Source: Bipalium vagum
Taxonomy: Eukaryota
DNA length: 34,537 nucleotides
Direction of reading: 5' to 3'
Assembly (NCBI GenBank): GCA_037834085.1
Contig: JBBMKC010216135.1
Coordinates: forward strand, 1 to 34,537
Shown here piece by piece: positions 21,317 through 34,005 of the stretch (its first letter is position 1; the number at the start of each line of letters is the position of its first letter). A model generated the notes under the pieces. The model did not search any database. It saw only the letters and a list, made by a program, of their open reading frames with translations, and was not told the DNA's origin. The position numbers were made by a program, and so were the translations under genes.

Positions 21317-21385
21317 TGTGATATTTGCAACAAAATCTATACTCATCAAAGATGTTTAACTGGACATTTAAGTAGTAAGTTACAT
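21317..21385 (+). pseudogene. Isolated C2H2 (matrin/U1-like spacing) zinc-finger fragment in lysine-rich decayed coding sequence
   Basis: CDICNKIYTHQRCLTGHLSSKLH, i.e. C-x2-C-x12-H-x5-H. Surrounding frames contain stops. Confidence 0.6.
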
Positions 21386-21638
21386 ATTAAACATTTTGAA
21401 AAAACTGAAGCAAAACAAACAAAAATTAATAAAATAAAATTTTACAGAAAATGAAGTATTTCAAAAAAAATATAAAAGATAATTATTTGGAAATGAATCA
21501 TTTATTTATTAAAATACAACTGTCAAAGTTTACGAGAGATCTTTCCCGTTACACTATAGTAATAAATATTCTTAGTAATTTGAAATATAAAACTTCACAA
21601 AAAGAAAGTTATAATAAAATTACCTTTTAGTTGTAGTA

Positions 21639-23549
21639 CAGCGATTATGTTTAAACAGAACAATTTTAGTTTAAGATTTTTAATTTTTAACTTCGAATAA
21701 TTTTGAGTTTGTTTATGTGTCAACTTTGTTTAGTTTTCGTTTACTTTTCAATTATTAATTTATAATATTCAATTTGTTTTTCTTTACTTCTTAAATTTAT
21801 GATTTACTTTACTTTTTAGATCTATTTTAGAATTATCAATAATAAATAAAGAAACCCTGACTCTTAAAGAGAAATTGAAATTTTATGTCAGTTGGATGAG
21901 AGTGTTAAGCAAGCCGAGCTAGCAAGAAAGCACAAGGTCGATAATAATTTAAAGTATTTGTTTATATAATTGATTTTTGGTAAATAAACAGTTTTTAAAA
22001 AGTAGTTTAGTGTTTTGCATTTAATGAATAATTTGGGGGAAGAGACCAATCAACCTATCAAATACAAAATAACAGAGAAAGAATTTGTGATGCTATTTCA
22101 ACTCGACCATTAAACACCAAGAAAGTTTAAAATACACCCTTTGAAAGCATTGATTCCGAATTACTGAACTGGTTTAAACTTCAAAAAATGAACAATGTTT
22201 CAATTTCTTCACAAATACTTCTTGAAAAAGCAGCTCAATTGGCTGAAAGATTGGAGATTAAAAATTTCAACTGTAACGTAAGTTGGATTCAACGTTTTAG
22301 AAAACTCTATTCAGTTACATATGGTATTGTCTCTGGTGAATCTAAAGTAATGGATCAGTTGGTTGTTCAAAATTGATTAATTGATCAATGGTTTCAACGT
22401 CAATTGGGATATGAAAATCGAAATATCTTTAATGGGGATGAGACTGGTCTTTTCTTTAAAATGTTACATAATAAAACTATGAGACTTAAAGGAGACAAAT
22501 GCAGTGGTCGTGAAATATCAAAAAAAAAAAAGATTAACTGTTTTCCTTTGTGCTAGTATTACTGGTTAAAGGATGCCTCCTATCATTATTGGAAAATATT
22601 TAAAACCGAAATGTTTCAAAAATAAAAGCGTGGAACATCTACATCATCATGCAAATACAAATGCTGGGATGACATCCGAAATTTTCAAAACGGAATTAAT
22701 GAAATGGGATACAAGGCTAAGAAATGGTAAAAGAAAATTTTTACTGTTCGTTGATAATTGCTCAGCGCATGCGGATATCAATAATATTTTAACAAACAAA
22801 CAATGGTATTCTTGTCATCAAATACAACAAGTGTGTTGCAACCTATGGAGATGCAGAAATAATGAAAAATTCTAAAGTGAATTACCGAAAAAGTTTGGTT
22901 GTCCCTTTAATAAACTGTTCTGACAAAATCCACGAATACGATATCAATATTTTTGATGCCATTCAGATGATATCGGATGGTTGGGAAAGAATATCCTCAG
23001 GAACAATTTATAATTGCTTTCATCATTCAATTTTATCGCAACAAGTAAACATTCCCGAGACTTGTAAAGATGTAAATGCTTTAATTGAGAACGAAATTAA
23101 AGACGAATATACTTTTTTAGCCGAATTTTTTGAATCAAGACGAGATTTAGAAGATTATTTAGTCATTGATAATGGTTTGGAAGCAATGGAGATTGAAGAA
23201 GAAACTGAGAATATTCATGGTTCATCCGAACCATTGGATAAAACGAATGAAATTGAGATTGGTGATTTTTTAGAGGCTTTAACAATAGTCAAGGAATACT
23301 ATTTTACAGAAAATTACAATGAAGTTATTTTTATCAACTTGCTTAACGTTGAGAATGATCTCAGAGATAAATTTTTCAAGAAAAAAAGTTAAGGAATATT
23401 TCAACTTGAAATAAAATTTAATAATAATGACATCGTATTTTATTGGTGATGTTTTATTTTATTGATTTTATCGTTTAAACAGAATTTTTCGCTTAAACAG
23501 AATAAACTTTTGTACTCCCGATTTTGTTCTGTTTAAGCAAGTCATACTG
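21639..23549 (+). mobile_element. Tigger/pogo DNA transposon with pseudogenised transposase
   Basis: TA|CAGCGATTATGTTTAAACAGAA ... TTCTGTTTAAGCAAGTCATACTG|TA, with subterminal CG(T/C)TTAAACAGAA copies at ~23472 and ~23490. CENP-B HTH and DDE_1 motifs: IDSELLNWF, ILLEKAAQLA, SWIQRFRK, IFNGDETGLFF, PIIIGK..KPKCFK, AGMTSEIF, LLFVDNCSAH, NTTSVLQP. Broken by stops and frameshifts. Confidence 0.93.
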
Positions 23550-24483
23550 TATCTGTAATTTTTGACGAAATAGAAATATGACCATCTGATGACGCCCAAT
23601 AATAAATGAAATCTGATTGGCTGCTTTCTTTTGTCAATTTAGCAATCAGAAGAATTTATTTAAAACCAGGTATCGTCAGATAATCTCATTTCTTCATGGA
23701 CTGGCTACAAATTATTGTCTATTTGCTTCAACTGATCAATGAAGTCCAATGAACTTGTAGGAATCCTTTTTATGTCAAACGGACGGAAGTGAAGTGTTAT
23801 GCATAGACAAGGAGAAGACGATGTTGGAAAATATTTATAAATATTCATAAACAGAAATAAAGTTTAAAGACACGGTTGAGATATTTGAAAATTGCTACAG
23901 TGAAAAGAACGTCGGGAAAAAAGAGATCAAATGATACATGGGCAGATATGTTAAAATTCAATATTCTGACACCAAGTATGATACTTAAAAAAATGCTTGT
24001 TTCGAATAAAAATACATTGGATAGATATCTGTTTATTAAGCGCAGCAACAATTGTTCTACTTCAATTCTGTTTTGGTTGTTGATGTTATTTCTGAAATTA
24101 TTGATTAGTTCCTATAAGAGGATAATTCTCATATCGACACCCTACAATTTCCATAACCTTTTCAAAAGATCTCTCTCACGCTGGCATCCATCCCAAAGAA
24201 TCTCTCAACATTAAAGTCAGCTTGGAGTAAGTGACTCAACGACCACCATCAATCGTGGATCATACGCGGTAGTTTCATTATATATATCTATCTTGCAGGG
24301 AAGGAGCTTATCGGTGTCATAAATTGGAGGAGTTATCAAGCTGGGATACGGTAATTATGAGGATCAAACCGAACCTCTTTCATGAATGACTTTTTCATAT
24401 TTAATGAAAATAAATAAATAATACTTTTGATTATTTTTTTATTTAAATCAACTGAAAAGACAGGTTTTGAAAAATTGTCAAAA

Positions 24484-26995
24484 CTAATCAAAGAATGACT
24501 CCATAGAATATATCCATTGAAGGAGCTCGTTGGCGGAACTTCGACGTCTTGGGTCCGGATTAAGAGCTTTCCTTAAAAGACGCTTCATGTTCTTTGACAT
24601 CGGTTTCAAAGGCATGAAGTCGATTTTCTTTTCAACTCCAATTTTAAGGACAGGATCACCAGGCTCATAGTAATAAGGACGTTTTCCTAACCAAACAAAT
24701 GAATTTAATGAAAGAGACTTTTTCGAAGAAGATGGAAATAATAATACTAATGATATTGTGTGGAATTCCATTATCGTGGATCAACACTACACGTTTTCAA
24801 AAATGTATGTTTTTCGCACCTGTCCTTTGACACACGACCAACATGGCACTAACCGTCAAATTTAGACATCCACCAGTAAAAGGTATAAACTCAGTCGAAA
24901 CCATTTTCCATGATCATCTGAATGTATAGAGGCTCTGCAGTTGTTGGACCATTCACAATAAGATATTATGCGACAAAGTGAGTCCTGTAAAATGTTGCCA
25001 AAATGTTCTTGAAATTAAACAAAGGTGATTTAATTTACAACGGCGTTACTTGTCAAGAAACAGGGATGTATTCTTACGACTCCGAAACTAAGCAGCAATA
25101 AATTGGTTGGATATTTAAAAGTGAATCGGTCCCAAAGTGCTCAAAAGTTACAGAGAACAGTCGGTTTCATGGCACAAAAGTGTGTTACCTCTAAAGAAGA
25201 ATATTTTGGAAAAATGAATGTATTTTTGGTTTGGCTCCTTTTTCCATTGCCAGATTCCACAAGTCCTCCCAGAAGTGCATGCGCTATTAATAGAGTTAGT
25301 TAAACATGACTTTGAGTAATGAAAGAATGGATCTGTGAACCAACCTGTCAACATTGCCACATTTGTGGCCCCGAACGACCAAATGTCCGAAGAAAAGTAA
25401 TAACAGGCGTCAACGATCACCTCTGGAGGAAGGTACGCTACAGTACCATGCGTTGACGTTTTATAGGGATCAACATCACTCGAGAGTCCTGATCCAGATA
25501 TTTCATCGTTATTATCTTCCGAATAGGCACCATGACCTGTAAATACTCGACCGAGTCCAAAGTCGCACAACTTGACCCTGTCGCGATTATCGAGCAGAAT
25601 ATTTTCAGCTTTGAAAATTAAAACAAATTATTTCTCTGTCGAAAATTGGAATTGACTCGACCAAATGAGCACCATTGAGAAAGGCAGACTTTGGTTTGTC
25701 TTTTCTTCACCTCTGTTCTACTGTCGAAAGTGTCACGGAGAACCCGGGAAATATTAAAGTTAATGAAATGTTTGAACATGTTCGAATTGGTGAAGGGACA
25801 AACCAAAATGTTATCGTCTCCGCCTCTCTCAACGATCTTTGGTCTTGAGTACATATACAAATCAATTACGTTTGATATCCCGGTGGATGATTCCATTGGA
25901 ATGAAGAAATCTCAATCCTTCAAGAATTCCTTTGTCAAAATCAATAATCATCCGGTGGTCCATGGCAACATTTTCTAATAACTGATCCAGAGACCCCTGA
26001 AATTATGGTAAGACAAATTATCACCCCCATTCCGAAATGGGGAATTTTTTAATTGTTTACTTTAAAATATTTAAAAAGATGAATGAAATTTTTAAGACAA
26101 ACTTATTTTTAAAATTTATTAAAAAAGAAATAACCAGGTCTGAGAAAATTTGTTTAAAAATTATTTGTATTGACCAATTAATAAATCCATTAAAAAAATG
26201 ACATGTAATTCTGAGCATAAACCGATTGATATTAACAAAAACGATGGAAATAATAATAAATAATAATGATAAAAAAATTTAAGGTTCTCACCCCTGGAGC
26301 ATATCTCATCAATACATAGGACCTCTTTTCGTCCCACTTCTCCCCAATGAACTCAATGATGTTCTCGTGGTAGAGACGCCTGCCGAATATGCTCAAGTTT
26401 AGTTCAACACTTTTCTCGTAATTTGAAATCCGTTTGTGTCTTATTTTCTTCACCACAAAGTTTTGATCAAAGTCTTCATTCTTGTAAACCACTCCATAAC
26501 CGCCTTGACCAACCTTCTCTTTCGATGAAAACGCCGCCTGGACCGAGGCTGAGAAATAAGAAGTCAACAACGTTAAATGACATTTAAAAATTGATATAAA
26601 ATAAAAGGGGAACAAACATTAAAGAAACTGTCATGAAAACAATAAAATTCACAGTGCAGAGGTTTTCCTTAATACATACTCTGACAGTGACGGTGTTTAT
26701 CGTCTATTTTGAAAGCTTTTCCTGAGATCAGTTGATTTCCTGTAAATCTTGTACCGCAGAATATCAACCAGAATAAGTGATAATTGATAATTGGTAAAGG
26801 TATGATGCGCGATAATGTATGAAATATTTTCATTCGGTCAGTAACATAATTATATAATTCATAATGCACAATACGACATGTATTAAGGAATCACTCTGCA
26901 AAATGACAAAAGTATTGATCCTTACAATTTAACTTGAACAAAAATGCTCGAATGATACCATCGTCCGAAGAATTCACCAATGCTTTCCGGTCTTC
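24484..26995 (-). CDS. Copy B linker plus Ser/Thr kinase domain
   Basis: Minus-strand exons 26995-26926, 26548-26292, 25996-25870, 25608-25345 and 24686-24484 splice in frame. Motifs: GQGGYG, HRDIKPEN, DFG, GTVAYLPPE, SDIWSFG. Ends FFD-TAG, two codons before the TGA shared with copy A. Several differences from copy A are synonymous. Confidence 0.9.
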
Positions 26996-27423
26996 CTGAA
27001 AATAGTTAGTTTCATTCATTTATAATAGAAACTGAAAAATAATATTAGAAAAGGCCCCGACAAATCCTTACAATACCGCAAACCAGGCGAAGGATCACCT
27101 CGGCACTATAGAGTGGACACAGGACTAATGACACTCTATATCTGCATAGGCAACAGAATTCCATCGAACATAATGTTTGTGTTTCATTCTTGTACCTCGA
27201 GCTTTTAATTATTTTGCAGAACTTTCCAGCTCTATTAAATAAATCTCTCAGCTATCAATCGATTTTTCTTTGAAATGAGTACAGCTGAGCATCCAATACT
27301 GAACATCAGCAGAACTTTGTGGCTGACCTTGTCCCTCCTTATCACTCAAATCAGATAAACCAAAATTTGCAGTTTGAAAACCAGCGAACCTCTTCAGCAT
27401 ATACTTACCACAACATTCGATGT

Positions 27424-30118
27424 GATATTTTTTGTAGAGATCGGTGTAAGACCTAGACTATCGCACTGGAAGCTTCCATTTTTAATATATTAATCAGAAT
27501 CCATATCAAATTTAACTTTATTTTTTCACAATAATCATCAGTTATACTTTTTTGCCTTTTTAATTTATTTAAAATAAATGATCTACATTATCATGACCTG
27601 CATTTTTAGCAGACAAATATTTTTTTAAAGTTATAAGTTGATACAACGAAGTCGGATCAAGTGAATGCACACCTTCGGTGTTTAAAGTCTCACTGCATTT
27701 CGGTTTATAAATTCTATAACCTTCTCTATCTCTTTTTAGTTTTATCTTTTTATCTAATTCAGTTTATATACTTGCAACATATTCGTTGTTGAAACTATCA
27801 CTTACATATTTTATTAAATTTAAATATTTCTCCATTTCATTAAAATTATAATGTCCACCATAATTTTTGTCATAGTTATTAAATCTTTTGTTAATTTTAT
27901 TGGGATTTTTATTTTATTTATTATTAAAATATTTCTTTGAACTGATGGATTTATTGCAGCAGCAATTCCTCTATCTTCAGTATCAAATATTTTTTTTATA
28001 ATAATCACCATCATATTTAGAAGGTTTTTCTTCAACTTTTACATCAAGTAAAGTTTTTAATTTTTCATTACCCTTTACTTTTTCCCCATCTTTAATTCGA
28101 CTAGGATTATATAAAGTTTCTATAATTTGTTGATTTTCATCTTTCATAAATGTTTGATTCTCTAATTTATCAGACGTCTTTGTGATTAGCACATTGGTAA
28201 CTGGTTTATGAAATGTATCTAAATCTATAGATAATCCTCTTTCTGCTTTCCATTGATTTAATTGATTAGTTTCAATTTTATTTCTGACTATTAATTCTTT
28301 AAAATCTTCCATTCTCTTTTATTTAATTTTTTAAGCAAACTCACATCTTCTCTTTATACTCTTTTTAAATCAAATCCTTTTTAACTTCTTTATTTAAATT
28401 TTTAATTACATTTCCATTTTTAATTTTTTTTAATATTTTCCTTACATTCAGTAATTATTATTTTTGCTTGTTCAACTTCATCATTAGTTGAAATTTATCT
28501 TCTGATGCTTTTAATTAAAATAGATAAAGTTTCTTAATTGATGATTCTATTGTTTCTCAAATTTCTTTATATATCCTTTTTCTTTTCGAAGTAATTCCTA
28601 TACTAATTGTTTCTCAAATAAATAATTGTACTGCTCCAAAAATTGATGTTGCAACAGGAACATTAATTAATAAACTAGTTGCTAATGTTGATATTTCTGC
28701 CATAGTAGCAGTTCCAATTCCAATCATTCCTCCAATGAAAATGCTTCCTAATTTTAAATTTGAATCTATAGTAAATTTTAATATTTTTATAATTTTTCAA
28801 TTAAATGATTAGAAAATGGTTCTTCTTAAATAAATTTATTATGTCGTAAGATGAGGTATCGAAATTTGTCCTCAGTTGACTTTCGTTCATAAATAGGGGT
28901 AGTTGGTCTTAAAACTTCAGAATTTTCATCATAAAGTTCGAGAAACTCCAAATCACTTTCAGATACATCATAATTTTTTCATTAAATTCCTCTTTTTCTT
29001 TCATTTTTATATAAATTTGAAAGTCTTTAGAACTTTTAATAGTAAAGTATAAAGATTTAATCTCAGAAAGATACTTTGTACCTAATATTAGATAAAAAGA
29101 TTTCTATTTTTTAAATTCAGGGTTTTAGGAAGTTTCATTAGGAGAAATACCAACTGAACTATAATTTTTATTATTATAAAAATTGGTAAAATTAAATTTG
29201 CTAATAAATGTATCCGTTTTCTATTACCCTGTTCTCTACATTTCGTAAACATATTTTTTAGGATTTTAATAACTCTTTCAATGACCACATTCCTTCATTG
29301 TCTTTTGATTAAATTTATATTTCATTATCATCATAAAATTCTTCGAATGTTTTATTGTAAAATTATACCTTTATCAACCAAGTTTTTATTTGGTGACTCC
29401 AAAAATTGTGTCAAATGAACCTGTTATAGATTTTCCTTTTTTATTTTTTAAAGGAACAGCAAAAGCATATCTTGTACATAAATCAATTACTGTTAAAATT
29501 ATTTTATATTCCCTTTCCTCTGGGACAAAAGTTAAATCTGCTGACCAAGTATCATCTTTATAAAAAACTTTAGGATAGTGCTTAGGTTTTCTAACTTCTT
29601 TATGAAATTCATTTGGTAATTGTTTTTTTATTTTCTGATTTTAATTTTTGCGATTTGTCAAAAAGTTTTCCATTTGCAGTATTTTTAGCAGCTCATGGTA
29701 AACCTAATCCGAAAGTTACTTTACCTTTAATAATTTAATTTTACTAAAGCTTTTTCAAGGTTTTCTCTTGGAGTTGGATTTCTTATTGTTCATTTCATGA
29801 ATCATTTCAATACCAGCATTATGTCTATCTTTTAAATATTGTGAAACATATTTTACATCATGTTTCATTGCAGCTTGATCTATTCAGTTTTTAGGTTATG
29901 AGTCATGTTTCAAATACGTGATATATTTGGATTATTTAAAACATCTTCATAATTTTTTAAACGTTTATCAATATTTGTTCCTAGTCCCGTAAGACTTGTT
30001 TGTTAAAAGGATTTTAAAATTTTAAATGTAATTCTTTCCTGTTTCATCTTTGATTTTACTACTAACCATATTATCCCAAACACTCATTATTATTAGTCTT
30101 TATTTTAAGTATTAAAAT
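27424..30118 (-). mobile_element. Decayed Polinton/Maverick (adintovirus-like) fragment between the ANK array and kinase of copy B
   Basis: Minus strand, in order: PLA2-like remnant (GLGTNIDKRLK...IDQAAMKHDVKY...DRHNA, ~29990-29815); retroviral-type integrase (EFHKEVRKPKHYPKVFYKDDTWSADLTFV...YKIILTVIDLCTRYAFAVPLK...VIERVIKILK, ~29670-29100); G/A/T-rich hydrophobic segment (GGMIGIGTATMAEISTLATSLL, ~28735-28630); ORF 28312-27983 (LDTFHKPVT); and a DPTSLYQL...LSAKNAGHDN remnant (~27660-27590). Confidence 0.8.
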
Positions 30119-30194
30119 CTGTTACTCAAAAAGGAACATTAGTTTCACCACTGAAGAATTTTAATTGACCTTGAAATTAAGAGCAAAATAATAC

Positions 30195-33100
30195 CTCGTC
30201 AAGGGCGTCACACTTGCAACCATGTTCCAGTAAACATTTAACTACAGCACAGTGACCATTAAGGCTGGCAATATCAACAAGATTCCAGTTTCCCTGATAA
30301 TATTTATTATTATTTTCAAATGAAATAAATCGTTACTTGCACAGCATAATCAATATCAATATTTTTGCTCAATAAAAACTTGACAATGCCAACATGACCT
30401 CGATTTACAGCCATATGAATAGGTCGACAATTATCCTACACACATTTTATACTATATATAATTGACATTAATCAATCAATAACTTCGTCACAAGCCTCCA
30501 TGTCACAACCCTTATCAAACAAGAACTCAACAACATGAAGATGATTATTTTCGACTGCTAAGTGAATTGGTCTCTTATTGTCCTGAATTTCTTTTTAAAA
30601 AAACTATTGTGTAAATAAATCAATAACCGAATCACGAGTCTCCATGTCACACCCCTTTCTGACCAAGAACTCGATAACATCCAGATGACCGTTTTTTGCT
30701 GCGAACTGAATTGGTCTATTATTTTTCTAAATTTACTTTTTAAAAACTATTTATTGCAAAAAAATCAATAACAAAATCACGAGCTTCCAAGTCACAGGAC
30801 TTTTCGAACAAAAACTCCATTACATCCAGATGACCGTTTTCAGCTGCAAAGTGCATAGGTCTCCTGTTTAACTGAATTTTTTGTTAAAGCGTATTTACTG
30901 CAAATAAATCAATTACTGAATCACGAGCCTCCATGTCACAGCCCTTCCCGACCAAGAACTCGATAACATTCAGATGACCGTTTCCTGCTGCTAAGTGAAT
31001 GGGGTGAGAATTAAACTATTTTCGACATTTAAAGAATATATTTTCAGAGTAAACCGGATAACCTTGTCACAAACCTCGTTATCAGAACTCTTGTCGAATA
31101 GAAACTTGACAACATCAAGATGACCTTTTTCTGCAGCCAAACCGATGGGTCTCTTTCCCCACTGCGTTCATGTTTAAAACAAATTATTTACAATACACCA
31201 ATCACTTTTTCATAAGATTTGATGTCATAACCTTTTACATCGAAGAACGTGACAATATCAAGATGACCTTCTTCAGCAGCAATGTGAATGGGTCGGACTC
31301 CATTCTGAATGAATTTTTAGAAATATTTTTTAAAAATCAATCAATCACTTTGTCACAAGCATCAAGTTCACAACCACTCTCAAACAAAAACTTGACAATA
31401 TTAAGATGACCGTTTTGTGTAGCCACATGGACGGGTTTTTGACCAAACTAAAAACTTTTTTAAACTTGCTCACCCAGAGCAAATCAATAACTTGATTACG
31501 AGCCTCAGCATCACAACCCTTGTCAAACAGAAGCTTCACAATATCAATATGACCACTTTTTGCAGCAAAATGAATAGGTTTTCTTTTCAACTGAAATTGA
31601 TTTTACAAATTATCGTTTGAGAATCAATCACGCACCCAGTCACAGGCCTCAATATCGCAACCATTCTCTATTAAGAACTGGACAATATTTAGATAACCTT
31701 TTATTGCAGCTGAGTGAATGGGTCTCCAATTGTACTTTATTACCTTTAAGAAATTATTTACTGAAAAAGAAAATACCTTTCCACCTCCCCCTCCAATGTC
31801 ACATCCGCTGCCAAATAAAAACCTGACAACATCCAAATGACCGTTTTCCACAGCTACTTTGATGGGTGTCCGGTCTTGCTGAAATAAAAATTCAAAATAT
31901 TTTTTGTGAGAAAAAATCAATAACCTGATCATGGACATCAATGTCACAAACCTTTTCAAACAAGAAATTAATAATATGAAGATGACCTTTTTCCGCAGCC
32001 AAGTGGATGGGTCTTTGACTATTCTGAACCATTTTTGAAAAATCAATAATTGAGAATAAATCAACAACTTTGTCACATGTCTCTATATCACACCCGTGAT
32101 CAATTAAGAATTTCACAACATCCAAATATCCATTTTGAGCAGATAAATGAACGGGACTCCTTCCAGACTGAACTTAGTTTTAAAATTATTTTCATGAAAA
32201 AGAAAGATTAACATGGTCACAAGCAGCCATGTCACAGTTTTTCTCAGTCAAGAACTTAATAACATCCAGTTGACCCTTTTCAGCAGCAATGTGAATGGGT
32301 CGTACTCCATTCTGAATGAATTTTTAGAAAATTTTATAGAAAATCAATCAATCACTCTGTCACGAGCACTAAGGTCACAACCACATTCAAACAAAAAATT
32401 GACAATATCAAGATGACCTTTTTCTGTAGCCAAATGGACGGGTCTTTTACCGAACTGAATAATTTTTAAAATTTACTCATTCAGATCAAATCAATAACCA
32501 GATCACGAGCCTCAGAATTACAACCATTGTCAAAAAGAAACCTTATAATACCAAGATAACCTTTTTCTGTAGCCAAATGGACGGGTCTTTTACCAAGCTG
32601 AATAATTTTTAAAATTTTTATCACCCAGATCAAATCAATAACTTCATCACGAGCCTCAGCATCACAACCCTTGTCAAACAGAAGCTTCACAATATCAATA
32701 TGACCACTTTTTGCAGCAAAGTGAATCGGTTTGCTTTCCGACTGAAATTAACTTTACAAATTATGAATTTAGAAAAATCACTCACCCAGTCACAGGCCTC
32801 AATGTTGCAACCATTCTCTATTAAGAACTTGACAATATTTAGGTAACCTTTTTCTGCAGCTGAGTGAATGGGTCTCAAATTGTATTATTATTTATCTTTA
32901 TTATCTTTAAGAAATTTTTTACTGAGAAAGAAATTACCTTCCTACCTCCTCCTTCAATGTCACATCCCTTACCATATAAAAACCTAACAACATCCAAATG
33001 ACCGTTTTCCACAGCTAACTCGATGGGTGTCCAGTCATACTGAAATCACATTAAAAAATTATTTTGTGAGAACAAATCAATAACTTCATCATGGGCATCA

Positions 33101-33328
33101 ATAACACAAGCCTTCTCAATCAAGAAATTGACAATATCAAGATGACCTTTTTCCGCCGCCAAGTGGATGGGTCTCCGACCATTCTGAACCGTTTTGTGTA
33201 AAATCAATAATTGAGAATAAATCAATAACTTCGTCACATGTCTCTATATCACAGCCGTGATCAAATAAGATTTTCACAACTTCCAAATGACCATTTTCAG
33301 CAGATAAATGAAAGGGACTCCTTCCAGA
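30195..33328 (-). CDS. Copy B ankyrin array (visible part): 22 phase-0 single-repeat exons
   Basis: Exon 5' ends on the minus strand: 33328, 33183, 33039 (102 nt), 32884 (acceptor displaced), 32741, 32597, 32454, 32311, 32167, 32023, 31878 (102 nt), 31734, 31590, 31447, 31304, 31161, 31015, 30871, 30726, 30582, 30435, 30293. The rest are 99 nt and stop-free where translated. No start codon or upstream exons lie within the window. Confidence 0.93.
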
Positions 33329-33358
33329 CTGAATTTAGTTTTAAAATTATAATTGGTA

Positions 33359-33968
33359 AGTGGGTGGGTGCAAATAAGGTGACCGTTTTTTATTTTTTTT
33401 AATATTTTCAAATTCATAAACTCAGTTCAAACAGAGCTTTATTAATCAAAGTATGACCCAATGGGAGGAATAGACGGCTTCCAACGTGAAATGACCATAA
33501 TTATGCCAAACCCTTAGAAACACGGGCTTCTAGTAGTGAAAAGATCCAACGATTAAAATCAATGTGTAATATCCAACAAAAATCATTTCCATCGCACGTA
33601 ACGATCTGGAATAGATATCATAACGGCGATAATCTACAATTTTCGCTAAGCTAATTTCTTCATCTTCTGAACCTTCACAACTGTGTTCATGTATCGCATA
33701 ACTGTTGTATGAATACCTTAGATATGTTTTGAAACTATCATTGTTTTCACCTAATCATCATCATTTCCTGACGGAAATCCACTACCCTTTTCCTTAAATT
33801 TTTCAGAAACATTTGGTCAATTCATGTCTTGATTACTTTTCTTTTCGCTTTGCACCATAATGAACAGGTTAGAATTTATGTAAGAAAACCATCTGACTTT
33901 CGGATTTGAAAAAACTTCTAAAATGGATAAATAAATTGGTGCATTGAAACAATTAACCGCCTTTTTAA
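33359..33968 (-). mobile_element. Truncated mariner remnant at the same intron position as 8331-9374
   Basis: Reverse complement of 8435-9374 with internal deletions. Same TIR and same junction (...CCCACCCACTTACCAATTATAATTTTAAAACTAAATTCAG|exon). Confidence 0.88.
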
Positions 33969-34005
33969 TGGTTGTAAACTGTTATGATTTCTGTACCAAT
34001 ATATA

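Larger units (their letters stand above)
8435..33968. repeat. Inverted segmental duplication: arm 1 ~8435-14950 (+), arm 2 ~24352-33968 (-), ~9.4-kb TE-rich spacer
   Basis: Exons, introns, the mariner remnant and the 3' flank all align as reverse complements. Exon lengths match (70, 257, 127, 264 nt). Confidence 0.93.

Noticed and set aside
23580-24340. ORFs 23845-24051 and 23876-24214
   Set aside because: Low-complexity AT-rich translations without recognisable homology; no assignment is supportable.
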